A stretch of DNA of 64,000 bases. It comes from Candidatus Sumerlaeaceae bacterium (GTDB lineage: Bacteria; Sumerlaeota; Sumerlaeia; Sumerlaeales; Sumerlaeaceae). The notes below the pieces were generated by a model, which saw only the letters and a list, made by a program, of their open reading frames with translations, was not told where the DNA came from and did not search any database. Positions 46,329 to 56,299 of this stretch are shown piece by piece. The translations under genes were made by a program, and so were the position numbers. The DNA lies in the NCBI GenBank assembly GCA_051003195.1, contig JBPCLP010000009.1:96001-160000 (forward strand), in the 5' to 3' direction. Each line of letters opens with the position of its first letter. Position 1 is the first letter of the stretch.

Positions 46329-47390
46329 GTGAACGCCATCACTGATCTTCTCGTTTTTGAACGCCCTGCGGTAGCGATGCTTGAAATTGCGGGGCCGGAC
46401 GCCGAGGATTACCTGCATCGGATGAGCAGTACTTCTATTAAAGAACTTCGCCGCTTATCCGATCAGCCTGCCGTATGCGAAGCTCGCCCAACCTTGTTCC
46501 TGCGCGGCGACGGCAGGCTGGTGGCCCTGTGTATGATCGCATCGCCATCCAAAAGCCGTTATGTAATGACCACCCATGCCGGGGCGAAAGACGCTTTGCT
46601 TGAACACCTCGACAGGTTCCTGATCACCGAAAAGGCGGAGTTGAAGGATATGTCTGATCGATGGAAGTGCTACATGCTGGTTGGCCCGCAACTGTCTGCG
46701 AACAGCGCTACCAGTGTGCCGAATCAGAGGTTCCTATCCAGTTTGAGCGCGGAAGATGAGCTCAATTCGGCACACAGAACCGAATACGAATTAACGGTAG
46801 ACCACCCTAATGAATGGCACGGTAGTGCATATAGTGAAGACGACGGCAGTCGTCGGTTTACCATTTCAACGTCTCCACATACGCTGCCGCGTCAGGAAAT
46901 CTGGTCAGCGGCCGATACGCCGAGAGAATCAATCTTGAATCAGGCCAAGATACTGTCCGGCGGCGAGTTCCGCATGGGTACCTCAGAGGAATATGAATCA
47001 CTTCGAATAACCGCAGGCGAACCGGCCTGGGATGCCGAGCTTGCTTCAAACACAATACCGCTCGAAGCGGGGCTAAAGCATGCCATCAGCTTCAACAAAG
47101 GTTGCTTTCCCGGCCAGGAGATAGTCGCGCGCATTGAAAATCTCGGCCATCCTGCGAACATACTTGTGGGATTAAAAAGCACCGAGCCAATGCACGTCGG
47201 TGCTCCGCTGTTTTCGGAAAGCAGGCAAGTGGGCCGTATAAGCTCTGCTGCGTTATCTCTCGCAGAGGCCAGGCCGATCGCATTAGGATATGTGAAGTGG
47301 GATTTCCGGGCACCGGGTTGCGTGCTGACGCTCGGCGACTCATCTGGAATTCCGGTCACGGTACATGCATTACCGTTTAATGGCAGTTGA
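46329..47390 (+). CDS. ygfZ: Folate-binding Fe-S cluster repair protein YgfZ/GcvT-like, carrying an in-frame 33-codon insertion
   Basis: GPDAEDYLH, PLEAGL, ISFNKGCFPGQE signature, IALGYV. Confidence 0.9.
   Translation: MNAITDLLVFERPAVAMLEIAGPDAEDYLHRMSSTSIKELRRLSDQPAVCEARPTLFLRGDGRLVALCMIASPSKSRYVMTTHAGAKDALLEHLDRFLITEKAELKDMSDRWKCYMLVGPQLSANSATSVPNQRFLSSLSAEDELNSAHRTEYELTVDHPNEWHGSAYSEDDGSRRFTISTSPHTLPRQEIWSAADTPRESILNQAKILSGGEFRMGTSEEYESLRITAGEPAWDAELASNTIPLEAGLKHAISFNKGCFPGQEIVARIENLGHPANILVGLKSTEPMHVGAPLFSESRQVGRISSAALSLAEARPIALGYVKWDFRAPGCVLTLGDSSGIPVTVHALPFNGS
46709..46809. mobile_element. TA-bounded palindromic MITE-like element inserted in frame in ygfZ
   Basis: Inverted near-identical copy of 14195-14292; 101 bp including both TA ends, 99 bp net. 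Confidence 0.8.
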
Positions 47391-47425
47391 TCCGGCGATG
47401 CTGCTTGTAATGGCTGACCTGATAA

Positions 47426-48550
47426 ATGAATGAGTTTTCCCGAGGCGAACAGCCGCGGATACTGATCGCCGCTGGCGGCACCGGCGGTCACATCTTCCCG
47501 GCCATTGCACTGGGTGAAGCCTTTCATCTGCATTTTCCACAGGTGCTTGTGCGGTTCGCGTGTGGAGAACGCGAGCTGGAGCGTCGCCTGTACGCAGATG
47601 CGGGCATTGAACCCATTGTATTCCCCGCAAGGCAGCTCGGCAGCGGTATTTCTGGCAAACTGGCGGGAGCTTCCGCCGCTGCCGCGAACACTTTGCGCGC
47701 AATCCGTCTTATTCGGGCCGAGCGTTTCAATGCCGTAGTCGGAATGGGCGGTTACGTGAGTGGGCCCGCAGTTCTGGGCGGTATCCTCAGTGGCCGCAAA
47801 ACCATCGTTCACGAAGCAAACAGCATTCCGGGGAAAACGAACCGGCTGCTGGCGCCGTATGTCAGCTTAACCGCTCTTCATTTCGAGGCAACGGCGCGAC
47901 AGCTTCGTGCGCGCAGGAGTGCCGTCGTAGGAATGCCGATTCGCGAAACCACCGGCACGGGCGACCGCACGGAAGCCATGCGACTGTTCGGATTAAACCC
48001 CGCCAAAAAGACGTTGCTGGTGCTGGGCGGCAGTCAGGGAGCACGGTTTCTTTACCAGACTCTGATGAACGCGCTGCCTGCTCTTGATGTGCCGGCGAAC
48101 TCAAACGTCCAGGTGCTGTGGAGCACCGGCGCTGACAACTTTGACGAACTCGACCTGCGTCTCCGCGATGATCCTCCGACGCATCTCGTTGTTAAACTTG
48201 TACCGTTTATCTCCCGCATGGATCTTGCCATAGCGGCCGCAGATGTCGCACTTGCGCGAGCAGGAGCAAGCTCCATGGCGGAGCTTCTGTCGAGTGGCAT
48301 CTATACGCTATACGTTCCATTTCCGAGCGCAATCTATGACCACCAGACGCTGAACGCACAACAGGCAGTTAGCGCGGGTGTGGGTGAGATGATTCCCGAA
48401 AAAGAACTGACGCCGGATCGCGCCGCGGAAGTGCTGCAGCATCTTTTCGAAAAGGCAATTCCCGGGCATCGCGTATCAGTGCCGGAAACGATGAACAGTC
48501 GTCGCGCTGCGCAGAACCTCGCGGAAGCCATCCTCGCGCTGATCAGGTAA
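47426..48550 (+). CDS. murG: UDP-GlcNAc:lipid I N-acetylglucosaminyltransferase
   Basis: GGTGGHIFP, GGYVSGP, HEANSIPG, GGSQGA, RAGASS, VPFP...HQTLNA. Confidence 0.95.
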   Translation: MNEFSRGEQPRILIAAGGTGGHIFPAIALGEAFHLHFPQVLVRFACGERELERRLYADAGIEPIVFPARQLGSGISGKLAGASAAAANTLRAIRLIRAERFNAVVGMGGYVSGPAVLGGILSGRKTIVHEANSIPGKTNRLLAPYVSLTALHFEATARQLRARRSAVVGMPIRETTGTGDRTEAMRLFGLNPAKKTLLVLGGSQGARFLYQTLMNALPALDVPANSNVQVLWSTGADNFDELDLRLRDDPPTHLVVKLVPFISRMDLAIAAADVALARAGASSMAELLSSGIYTLYVPFPSAIYDHQTLNAQQAVSAGVGEMIPEKELTPDRAAEVLQHLFEKAIPGHRVSVPETMNSRRAAQNLAEAILALIR

Positions 48551-49724
48551 TCGTGTCGGTCTTGTGCCGCTTAGGCGTAAGCCTGTCGCGTAGTTCAAGT
48601 ACCGGCTTTTCGAACCCGGCGTAAAGTACTGTCGCCGCTCCCAGCGCGCTTATCCAGAAGAGCACAAAGTTTTCAATTCCCTGTTCGAGCGTATGAACCG
48701 GGAAGAAGGCGTGAAACGTGACGACCAGCAGCGTGCCATTAACCAGGTAAAGCGAGTAGGAGGTTAAGCTGATGTGCGTCACGGCTTTCGCGAACAGGCC
48801 TTGCGATTTGCGCATCATGTCGAGCATCGGTAACAGGCAAAGCGTACCGAAGCTTACGATCGAGAAATAGGGTCCTTTCATAAAGAATCCGCAGGAATTC
48901 AGGCCAAAGCGTTGATAAGCCGCGAACGATTGCACCCCAAGCAAAGTTGCTAGCCCCAGCCCTAGAAACAGGCGGGCATGCCGGCGCCACCACTCCTCAT
49001 GAAAATACTTCAGGATCGCGCCCACAACTCCAAACATGATCGAGTCCAGCCGCGTCACCACGATTGTGCGAAAGACCTTGTCCCATACCGCCGGGTCGGT
49101 GTCGGGCACCCACGCTGCCTTTGTGAAACGGTAAGCCGTAACCGCAGCCAGGTTGATCGCTACCAGCAGCCAGCACACTACCTGTTTGCTGCACCAGCGG
49201 CATGCTACCGCATCCAGAAACAGGAGCATGACAGGGGTGGTAAGATAAAACCACTCCTCGACGGCAAGACTCCAGGATTCCGGGAAGAACGGCGGCTGCG
49301 GCTTTGAAAAGTTCTGCAGGAACAGGTAGTATTTGGCAAGGTGGACCGGTTCGCCGTGGCGACCACTAAAGTGCGCTACAACAATAACAATCGTGAGCAC
49401 GAGCATGTAGTTCGGCAGGGTTCTTAGCCAGCGCCGGCCCCAGAAGTGCAAAACGCGGAATGGCGTGAACCTGGTTCGGTCATAAGTCTTCACCAGGATC
49501 GAACCGATCAGGAACCCGCTGAGAACAAAGAACAGGTCTACTCCATCGGGAAGCGGCACCAGGAGAATCCACCTGGGAAGAAACGGCAGGAGGAATGTAA
49601 TACTGTGGCCGTAGACGACCAGCAGAATCGCAATGGCGCGAAGCAAGTCCAACCCAAAGACACGATTCGATGTTTCCGGCCGGGCTGTGGCCGAGTGCAG
49701 CTCCGCGGGAGAAAGTTCGTTCAC
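48543..49724 (-). CDS. Acyltransferase family 3 (OafA-like) membrane protein
   Basis: GLDLLRAIAILLV, GVDLFFVLSGFLI, WSLAVEEWFY, SYSLYL, EKP. Confidence 0.92.
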   Translation of the reverse strand: MNELSPAELHSATARPETSNRVFGLDLLRAIAILLVVYGHSITFLLPFLPRWILLVPLPDGVDLFFVLSGFLIGSILVKTYDRTRFTPFRVLHFWGRRWLRTLPNYMLVLTIVIVVAHFSGRHGEPVHLAKYYLFLQNFSKPQPPFFPESWSLAVEEWFYLTTPVMLLFLDAVACRWCSKQVVCWLLVAINLAAVTAYRFTKAAWVPDTDPAVWDKVFRTIVVTRLDSIMFGVVGAILKYFHEEWWRRHARLFLGLGLATLLGVQSFAAYQRFGLNSCGFFMKGPYFSIVSFGTLCLLPMLDMMRKSQGLFAKAVTHISLTSYSLYLVNGTLLVVTFHAFFPVHTLEQGIENFVLFWISALGAATVLYAGFEKPVLELRDRLTPKRHKTDTIT

Positions 49725-49740
49725 GGCAGCCCGATGAGTT

Positions 49741-50610
49741 CTATGCTTCTGCCGCAGCCGGAGCCGGTGGTTCCTCGCAGGCAACTTCCCCGGCAATTGG
49801 AACTGCACGGTATCGATTCCAGAGCAGGATGAGAAGCCCAACTGCAAACATGGCCGCGCAAAGTATCTGTCCCATGGTCATCCAGCCGAAGTAGTAACCG
49901 AGTTGCGCATCTTTTTCGCGGAAGAATTCAAGGAAGAACCGGGCCACTGCATAAAAGCAAAGCCACAGCGCGCCGAGAATTCCTTCGTAGCGCACGTAAG
50001 GCTTAAGCAGCCAGATCAACGCAAACGGAATCAGTCCCTCGCCCACTGCTTCGTACAGCTGAGATGGGTGCCGCGGTTCCGTGTATCCAATGATTTGTTC
50101 GTTCCACCGCACCGGAAACTGCATTCCCATTGCACTTTCGGTCACGCGACCTGGCAACTCCGCATTGATAAAATTTCCGATACGGCCAAAAATAATCCCC
50201 TGGCTTCCTGCCAGCGCCAGCGCGTCTGTCAGATTCCAGACGTGAAGCTTGTGCCAGCGCGCAAATAGCCACGTGCCAAGGCACATTCCAATAACCGCTC
50301 CATGAAACGCCAGGCCGCCCTCCCACACGGCGAATGGTGTCCAGTACCAGATAAAGGGCTCATCCGGACTCGCGCGGTAATAAACCATCATGTAAATAAT
50401 CCGTGCGCCTATCACCATTCCTGCGAACAGAACGACTAGGAAATCGTCGATGAGCCTCGGGTTAAGCCGGATGAATCCGCGCCGGCAGAGCCGCTTTAGC
50501 AGCAGGCGACCCACCAGGAACCCGAGAAGGTACATGATCCCGTACCATCGCACACGCACTTTGCCCAGGTGCAACAGATCCGGTGTTATCCATGACGGGT
50601 ACGTAAGCAT
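49741..50610 (-). CDS. lgt: Prolipoprotein diacylglyceryl transferase
   Basis: RWYGIMY, GARI, GGLAFHG, GRIGNFINAEL, RHPSQLYE, RFFLEFFR, MGQIL. Confidence 0.96.
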   Translation of the reverse strand: MLTYPSWITPDLLHLGKVRVRWYGIMYLLGFLVGRLLLKRLCRRGFIRLNPRLIDDFLVVLFAGMVIGARIIYMMVYYRASPDEPFIWYWTPFAVWEGGLAFHGAVIGMCLGTWLFARWHKLHVWNLTDALALAGSQGIIFGRIGNFINAELPGRVTESAMGMQFPVRWNEQIIGYTEPRHPSQLYEAVGEGLIPFALIWLLKPYVRYEGILGALWLCFYAVARFFLEFFREKDAQLGYYFGWMTMGQILCAAMFAVGLLILLWNRYRAVPIAGEVACEEPPAPAAAEA

Positions 50611-50733
50611 GCCGCACGAGTCCAGCGGCGCGCTCGGCGAAGGGCAACTCAAAACGTCTGATGTGCTGTGCGGCTTTCCGTTTACACATCGAAGTTCCAC
50701 GGCTTTCGCATGTAACCGTGCTCACAGACGAGT

Positions 50734-52071
50734 ATGAGTACCTCCACATCTCAGCAATACTTTCGGCCCAATCTTGATGAATTGCGGCAGGTTTCCAGGA
50801 CGATTGAACCCGCCGACGCGACATCGGCCGCAAATCTGTTATCAGGACCTGCCGAACCTGTGCCAGTTGAAGGAATTGCCGCGTTATTAAAAGGCATGCT
50901 CGGCGCAGGTGGCGAAGAGATCGCAGCGGCCGTGTCTCTGCGAGGCGCCCAGGTCCGCGCGCAGCTCTTCGGGAATGCTGTTATCCCAATGGCACCCGTC
51001 GAAATTTCCAATACCTGTGCATCCGACTGCCTGTTCTGTGGCTGGCGGGTTTCAAATCGCGCAATGAAGCGGCTCAAGATGCCGACTGATCTTGCCATGC
51101 TGCAGGTGGAATACCTGGTCGACCAGGGAATTCACTACATCGAATTCGTCAGCGGCGACGACATTGCAGTCGTGCGGAATCAGCTGCCCGATCTGATCGC
51201 ACAAACGCGAAGGTTGTTTGACGCAAAGGGCGTCGAAGGGAAAATTGCTTTCTGCACCCTCGCGCTTACCGAAATGCAATACGCTGAGCTGAAGGCCGCG
51301 GGCGCCGACGCGATGGTCGTCTGGCAGGAAACCTATGATCCCGCCATTTTTGCGGAGCACGTGGTCGGCGGACCCAAAGCATATGGAATATCTGACGACT
51401 GGAAAATGAATCGCGACGGCGACGGATGTAGTTTTCGGATTGAATCGCAGGAGCGCGCATTGCGTGCGGGCCTCGAGGTCGCGCTCGGCTCCATGCTCGG
51501 ACTGAACCCGGATATTTGCACAGAGTTCCTGGCCACCGTCGAACATGCACGATACCTTACCGAGAGCTATGGTGCTTCCGGGGAACATCCCGTAATCATT
51601 GGCATGCCAATCTGGAACGCGATCACCACGCAGGAGACAGATCTGCGCCCGGCCGATGCACCGAGCCTGCAACGGCTTTTCCCCGCGCTTGCTGCACTTT
51701 ATCTGCTCGCGTTGCCTTACGAAAGCACATGGGTATTTCCGAACTGCCGTGTGCCAATCGCCACCCAGGTAGAGGCAGCGCGCGTGGGTGGCGTATTCTC
51801 TTCGACAGAGGTTAAGCTTGGCCCGGGTGGTTATCTGCCTGCCATCCTTCGCAAGTTAAGCGACGCCGGTGAAGATGTAGCACCCCTCGTCGACCGTCTG
51901 AAGACCCTGCTGCGGGAGAACGGAGAAGACGTGGAAGCATTGCAACACGCACTCGACCAGCGCGAGCAGTTCATGCACCATTATCATGATCATACTACGT
52001 ATGAAAACAGCATGGCCGCCGCGGGACTAAAGCTGTTAAAAGGGACAGATCTCAGGCAGAATCCGACTTAG
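50734..52071 (+). CDS. Radical SAM enzyme, ThiH/HydG-like
   Basis: SNTCASDCLFCG (CxxxCxxC), WQETYD, GPK, GPGGY, EQF. Confidence 0.85.
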   Translation: MSTSTSQQYFRPNLDELRQVSRTIEPADATSAANLLSGPAEPVPVEGIAALLKGMLGAGGEEIAAAVSLRGAQVRAQLFGNAVIPMAPVEISNTCASDCLFCGWRVSNRAMKRLKMPTDLAMLQVEYLVDQGIHYIEFVSGDDIAVVRNQLPDLIAQTRRLFDAKGVEGKIAFCTLALTEMQYAELKAAGADAMVVWQETYDPAIFAEHVVGGPKAYGISDDWKMNRDGDGCSFRIESQERALRAGLEVALGSMLGLNPDICTEFLATVEHARYLTESYGASGEHPVIIGMPIWNAITTQETDLRPADAPSLQRLFPALAALYLLALPYESTWVFPNCRVPIATQVEAARVGGVFSSTEVKLGPGGYLPAILRKLSDAGEDVAPLVDRLKTLLRENGEDVEALQHALDQREQFMHHYHDHTTYENSMAAAGLKLLKGTDLRQNPT

Positions 52072-52073
52072 AT

Positions 52074-54065
52074 TCAGGTATTCGTCGGATCTCGTCTTCT
52101 GGAAAATATGCGCACGAAGAGCGATTTCAGCTCTTCGGCGCCCAGCAGCCATGCTGTGATCACATACACCGCTGCAGCGAGCAGGACCAACAGCACCAGC
52201 CGGAGAATCTGTCCGCTTAATAACTGACCGATTGTAGTTCCAGCCTGTCGGCTTGCACCTATCTCAAAGCGGGGTTCTACCCGGCTAAATGTGCGCGAAA
52301 CCTTTGCTAATACGTACGATGGGCTCGTCCCGATATCCGTGGCGCCTATGCCTGTTTTGCTGAGCACTCGCACGCTGGTAACCATAATTGCGGCATTTGC
52401 GGAAGTAGCAAGGTCCGTGGAGAGCAATTCCATCGTGCTGGTGCTCTCAGATTGGGGTCCTACAAGCAGCACTACGGATTCGCGATCGAAATTCATATGC
52501 GGTACCATGTTGGGCTCCAGGCGAAGTTCTGTGCGCAAACGCTCCCAGTCGCCGTCGGTCCTCACGAGTAGAGCGGTCCCGCTGGCGGCGTTCGGCGGCA
52601 GCCGAACCGGGAAGCGCGTGCCGCGCGCAATAACGGCAACCTCAGGCCGGGTGTAGTGCTCGGCTGCCACCACTGCGACGGCCATCGTTGCGGCAGCGGC
52701 AACGATTCGCCACCCACTTGAGAGCATTGCGCGGCCGTCGATGCCGCCAACGCGCACGCGCAGCATGATCAGAGAAAGAATAGTCGTGACCAGGTACGCG
52801 ATGCCCGCAGCCAAGGCGACACCGCCAATGCCCATTGGCTTGAGCAATACGTAGCTTAACACCGAGGCGAGAATCACCCCGCCAATATTTATGGATGCAG
52901 GTGTCATCGTATCTTTCAGTGAGTAGAAGGCCCGCGTCGCGAACATCACGAGCGAGTACGGAAGAATCGACACCGCATAATACTTCAGGAAATCTGCGGT
53001 GAAGACCGAATCCGCGTAGCGAAACTCGCCTCCGCGACGTTCAAACAGCGCTCTCGTTATGGGCAGTGCGAGCACCGTCAGTCCAATCGCAACAGGTAGC
53101 ATGATAAAGAAAGTCCAGCGCAGCCCGAGCGAGAATGTCCGAACGAAACTATCGCGTTCTTTATCGACCGCTGCGCGCGACATCGCCGGGTAAAGCACCG
53201 TGGCAATGGACACGGCAAAAATCCCGTAAGGCATCATGATAAGCTGAAAACAGATGGTATAAGCGGTGAATCCACCCAGTACCGTTGTCAGTAGATTCGT
53301 ACGCACGCCCGTGCCGAACAGGTTCGCCAATGCCACCACGACAATTGGTATGCCAAGGCCGACCGCCGATCTGAATACGGGATCTCGAAAGTTCACACGT
53401 GGCCGCAACGGCATTCCGATCTTTAGCAGCCAGGGCAGCTGCACCAGTGCCATTGCTGCGATACCTGCCGTCTGGCCGATTGCGATTCCCGTGGCGCCGA
53501 TCAGCCCGAAGCTGTATGCCAGCAGCGACGCAATCACCACCACGTTATTGAGAATCGGCGCGGCAGCCGTGATCGCGAATACGTTGTGGCTGTTGAGGAC
53601 CGCCATAAAGACGGCATTTAACCCGTAGAAAAACATCATGGGCGCGAAGAATTGAAGAAACCATGCTGCCATTTCCTGTTTAGCCTGTGCTTCCTGGCCT
53701 TTGGACAGCATCGTCAGCACATGAATGATCTGCGGCGCCAGCACAGCCGCGAGGATGGATGCGACAGCGAGAATCGCCGCAACGCATCCGAGCAGCAGGT
53801 TCGCCACGCGCCACGCTTCAGCCGATGTTTTTCCGCTTCGCTCCTGCTCGCGAACCAGCAACGGAATAAATATCGCACTGAGCAGCCCACCCAGCACTAC
53901 TTCATAAATCATGCTTGGAATGACGTACGCCAGATTGTATGCATCCGCCATGGTGCGCTGAACGCCGATCGCATAAGTGAAAGCCATGAGGCGCAGCAGC
54001 CCGGTGATTCGGCTTACCAGCGTGAGGCCGGAGAACACTGCAGTGCTTTTAGCGAATTGGCTCAC
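52074..54065 (-). CDS. murJ: Lipid II flippase MurJ with an inserted soluble domain
   Basis: TLVSRITGLLR, ADAY, GGLLSAIFIP, APILNN, PYGIFAVSIATVLYP, RAFYSLKDT.TP. Confidence 0.93.
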   Translation of the reverse strand: MSQFAKSTAVFSGLTLVSRITGLLRLMAFTYAIGVQRTMADAYNLAYVIPSMIYEVVLGGLLSAIFIPLLVREQERSGKTSAEAWRVANLLLGCVAAILAVASILAAVLAPQIIHVLTMLSKGQEAQAKQEMAAWFLQFFAPMMFFYGLNAVFMAVLNSHNVFAITAAAPILNNVVVIASLLAYSFGLIGATGIAIGQTAGIAAMALVQLPWLLKIGMPLRPRVNFRDPVFRSAVGLGIPIVVVALANLFGTGVRTNLLTTVLGGFTAYTICFQLIMMPYGIFAVSIATVLYPAMSRAAVDKERDSFVRTFSLGLRWTFFIMLPVAIGLTVLALPITRALFERRGGEFRYADSVFTADFLKYYAVSILPYSLVMFATRAFYSLKDTMTPASINIGGVILASVLSYVLLKPMGIGGVALAAGIAYLVTTILSLIMLRVRVGGIDGRAMLSSGWRIVAAAATMAVAVVAAEHYTRPEVAVIARGTRFPVRLPPNAASGTALLVRTDGDWERLRTELRLEPNMVPHMNFDRESVVLLVGPQSESTSTMELLSTDLATSANAAIMVTSVRVLSKTGIGATDIGTSPSYVLAKVSRTFSRVEPRFEIGASRQAGTTIGQLLSGQILRLVLLVLLAAAVYVITAWLLGAEELKSLFVRIFSRRRDPTNT

Positions 54066-54168
54066 AAGACAATCACTGTGGGTTGGGCCCGCGACCACTC
54101 GTCAACGCGGAAGCGAAGCACTCTTTTCTTGTGCACGAATTTGCAGCGGCGACTGTAAGCACCTCACA

Positions 54169-54606
54169 ATGACCATTACGATCACTATGCCGCAGTTCAG
54201 TGAGTCCATGACCGAAGGCAAGCTGCTGCAATGGAATGTGCAGGTTGGCGATCAGGTACGTGGCGGCGATCCTATTGCTGAAGTCGAAGCCGACAAGGCC
54301 AATATGGAAATCGAGGCACAGGAAGATGGTACGGTCGTGGAACTGTGCGGCGTTCCCGGCGATACCATCGAAGTAGGAACCGTACTCGCAGTCCTGGAAC
54401 CTGGACCGTCGACAGGGTCTTCGCCTGAACAAGGTGTCTCTTCACCTTCGGCCACTCCTGTGAAGGCTTCACCCCTGATCCTTAGAGTTGCTGCGCAAAA
54501 GGGCATTCCCCTGCACCACGTAAGCGGCAGCGGTCCTGGTGGTCAAATCCTCCTGGAAGATCTCGACGCTTACGTCGCGTCGCAGGAAGGCAGCGATGCG
54601 AGTTGA
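54169..54606 (+). CDS. Lipoyl domain plus E3-binding domain protein (E2-like, no catalytic domain)
   Basis: MPQFSESMTEG...EVEADKANME lipoyl-lysine; KASPL...GSGPGGQILLEDL peripheral subunit-binding motif, then stop. Confidence 0.85.
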   Translation: MTITITMPQFSESMTEGKLLQWNVQVGDQVRGGDPIAEVEADKANMEIEAQEDGTVVELCGVPGDTIEVGTVLAVLEPGPSTGSSPEQGVSSPSATPVKASPLILRVAAQKGIPLHHVSGSGPGGQILLEDLDAYVASQEGSDAS

Positions 54607-55079
54607 TCCGCAACGCGTCTGATTTCGAGGTGATTATCATCGGCGCAGGGAACGCTGGGACTGCCGTAGCGCAAACCTGCGCAGAGGTAGACCTGCCTGC
54701 GTGCACCATCGATCCCTCTGCTACAGGCGTGACTTACAGCGGGAGAGGCTTTGTTGCCGGGCCGAACAGCGTAGCCATGCTCAACCCGCAAACAGGCGAC
54801 GAGACTAAGCTGCTTCATGCGCCGGTTATCATCATTGCAACGGGAAGCCGCGATGGCATTGCGAACACAGCATTTCTTGGTTTACGAAAGCTCGGAATCG
54901 AAACGGACCCCACCACTGGCGGCATCTTTACAGATGCCTATGGCCGAACCACTTGCGCGACTGTTTTCGCGGTTGGCTCCTGCTGTAAACCGCGCCAGGA
55001 CTCTCCCTCAGCGGCAGCCATTACCGCTGCAATCCTCGCTTTACATCGGGCAGCCGTGATAACGGGCTCATTCGAATGA
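54603..55079 (+). CDS. Miniature FAD-dependent pyridine nucleotide-disulfide oxidoreductase-like protein
   Basis: VIIIGAGNAG, IIIATGS, GIFTDAYGRTT..TVFAVG; overlaps both neighbours by 4 bp. Confidence 0.65.
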   Translation: MIRNASDFEVIIIGAGNAGTAVAQTCAEVDLPACTIDPSATGVTYSGRGFVAGPNSVAMLNPQTGDETKLLHAPVIIIATGSRDGIANTAFLGLRKLGIETDPTTGGIFTDAYGRTTCATVFAVGSCCKPRQDSPSAAAITAAILALHRAAVITGSFE

Positions 55080-56299
55080 CTGAACAGCTCCGCATTGGGA
55101 TCGCCTGCTTTGCCACCTATGGCGGGAGCGGCGTCGTAGCCACCGAACTCGGCCGCGAAATGGCGCGGGCCGGGCACCGCGTTCATTTTATCAGTAACCA
55201 GCTTCCCTTCCGGCTGCAGCAGGGCGAATTCCTCGAAAACGTTTACTACCACGAGACAGTATCCACGACCTACGACGTCATTCCGGCAGCTATGTTTGGA
55301 TTCGAGATTGCATCGAAGATCACGCAGATCGCCCTCGACGAGAAACTGGATCTGCTGCACGCGCATTACGCCGTGCCACACGCCATCAGCGGCATTACCG
55401 CCAAGCAGGTGCTCAAGCCTCGTGAGCTGAAAATTGTGACGACGCTGCATGGAACGGACATCACCCTTGTCGGCCGGCATCCCGCCTTCTTTCCTTTAAC
55501 TAAATGGGCCATTGAGCAAAGCGACGCAGTAACCACGGTCTCACACTGGTTGCGTGAAGAGACGTTGCGCACCTTCGGGATCGAGAATTCGATCCACGTC
55601 ATCCACAACTTCGTGGATACCACCCGCTTCAGTACGGAGCGGCAGGCGTGTCGCCGCAAACATTTCGCAGCAGACAATGAGAAGATCATCCTGCACGTCT
55701 CCAACTTCCGGCCGGTTAAGCGCCTCGACGACGTAGTCCATGTCTTCGCCCGGATCGCTGAAAGCATGCCTGCCAAGCTGGTGCTGATTGGAGACGGTCC
55801 CGAACGCGAGAGAACCCTGGAGCTCGCACGACGCCTCGGCGTAATGGACCGCACACATTTTCTAGGTAAACAAAATCTTATCGAACACTATTACGCGATT
55901 GCCGACCTGCTTCTCTTTCCGAGTGAGTACGAAAGCTTTGGCATCACTGCCCTTGAAGCCATGAGCGCCAGCCTGCCTGTCGTGGCGACGACTGGTAGCG
56001 GGCTATCCGAGGTTGTCGAAGAGGGAGTGACCGGCTTTCTGCGTCCGGTTGGCGATGTACCTGCGTTGGCCGAAGCCTGCCAACGTATATTGCAGGACGA
56101 CGCGCTTGCAGTGCGCATGGGCCAGGCTGGGCGTCGCCGCGCCGAGCAGTGCTTCCAGGCGAAAGCAATCGCTCAGAGCTATTTGGATCTATACCGCTCA
56201 GTCATGAATGGCGTAAAATACCCGCCGCCCGCTCCCTGCAAGCCCGAACCGGCCGTCGTCCAGACGGTTCCGATCTCATCCAGTTCCTTGATTATTTAG
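55076..56299 (+). CDS. bshA: N-acetyl-alpha-D-glucosaminyl L-malate synthase (bacillithiol biosynthesis GT4)
   Basis: [54 protein letters not shown]. Confidence 0.93.
   Translation: MTEQLRIGIACFATYGGSGVVATELGREMARAGHRVHFISNQLPFRLQQGEFLENVYYHETVSTTYDVIPAAMFGFEIASKITQIALDEKLDLLHAHYAVPHAISGITAKQVLKPRELKIVTTLHGTDITLVGRHPAFFPLTKWAIEQSDAVTTVSHWLREETLRTFGIENSIHVIHNFVDTTRFSTERQACRRKHFAADNEKIILHVSNFRPVKRLDDVVHVFARIAESMPAKLVLIGDGPERERTLELARRLGVMDRTHFLGKQNLIEHYYAIADLLLFPSEYESFGITALEAMSASLPVVATTGSGLSEVVEEGVTGFLRPVGDVPALAEACQRILQDDALAVRMGQAGRRRAEQCFQAKAIAQSYLDLYRSVMNGVKYPPPAPCKPEPAVVQTVPISSSSLII

Noticed and set aside
47426..48550. murG outside a dcw cluster
   Set aside because: Dispersed or duplicate murG genes are not rare, and the rest of the genome is not visible
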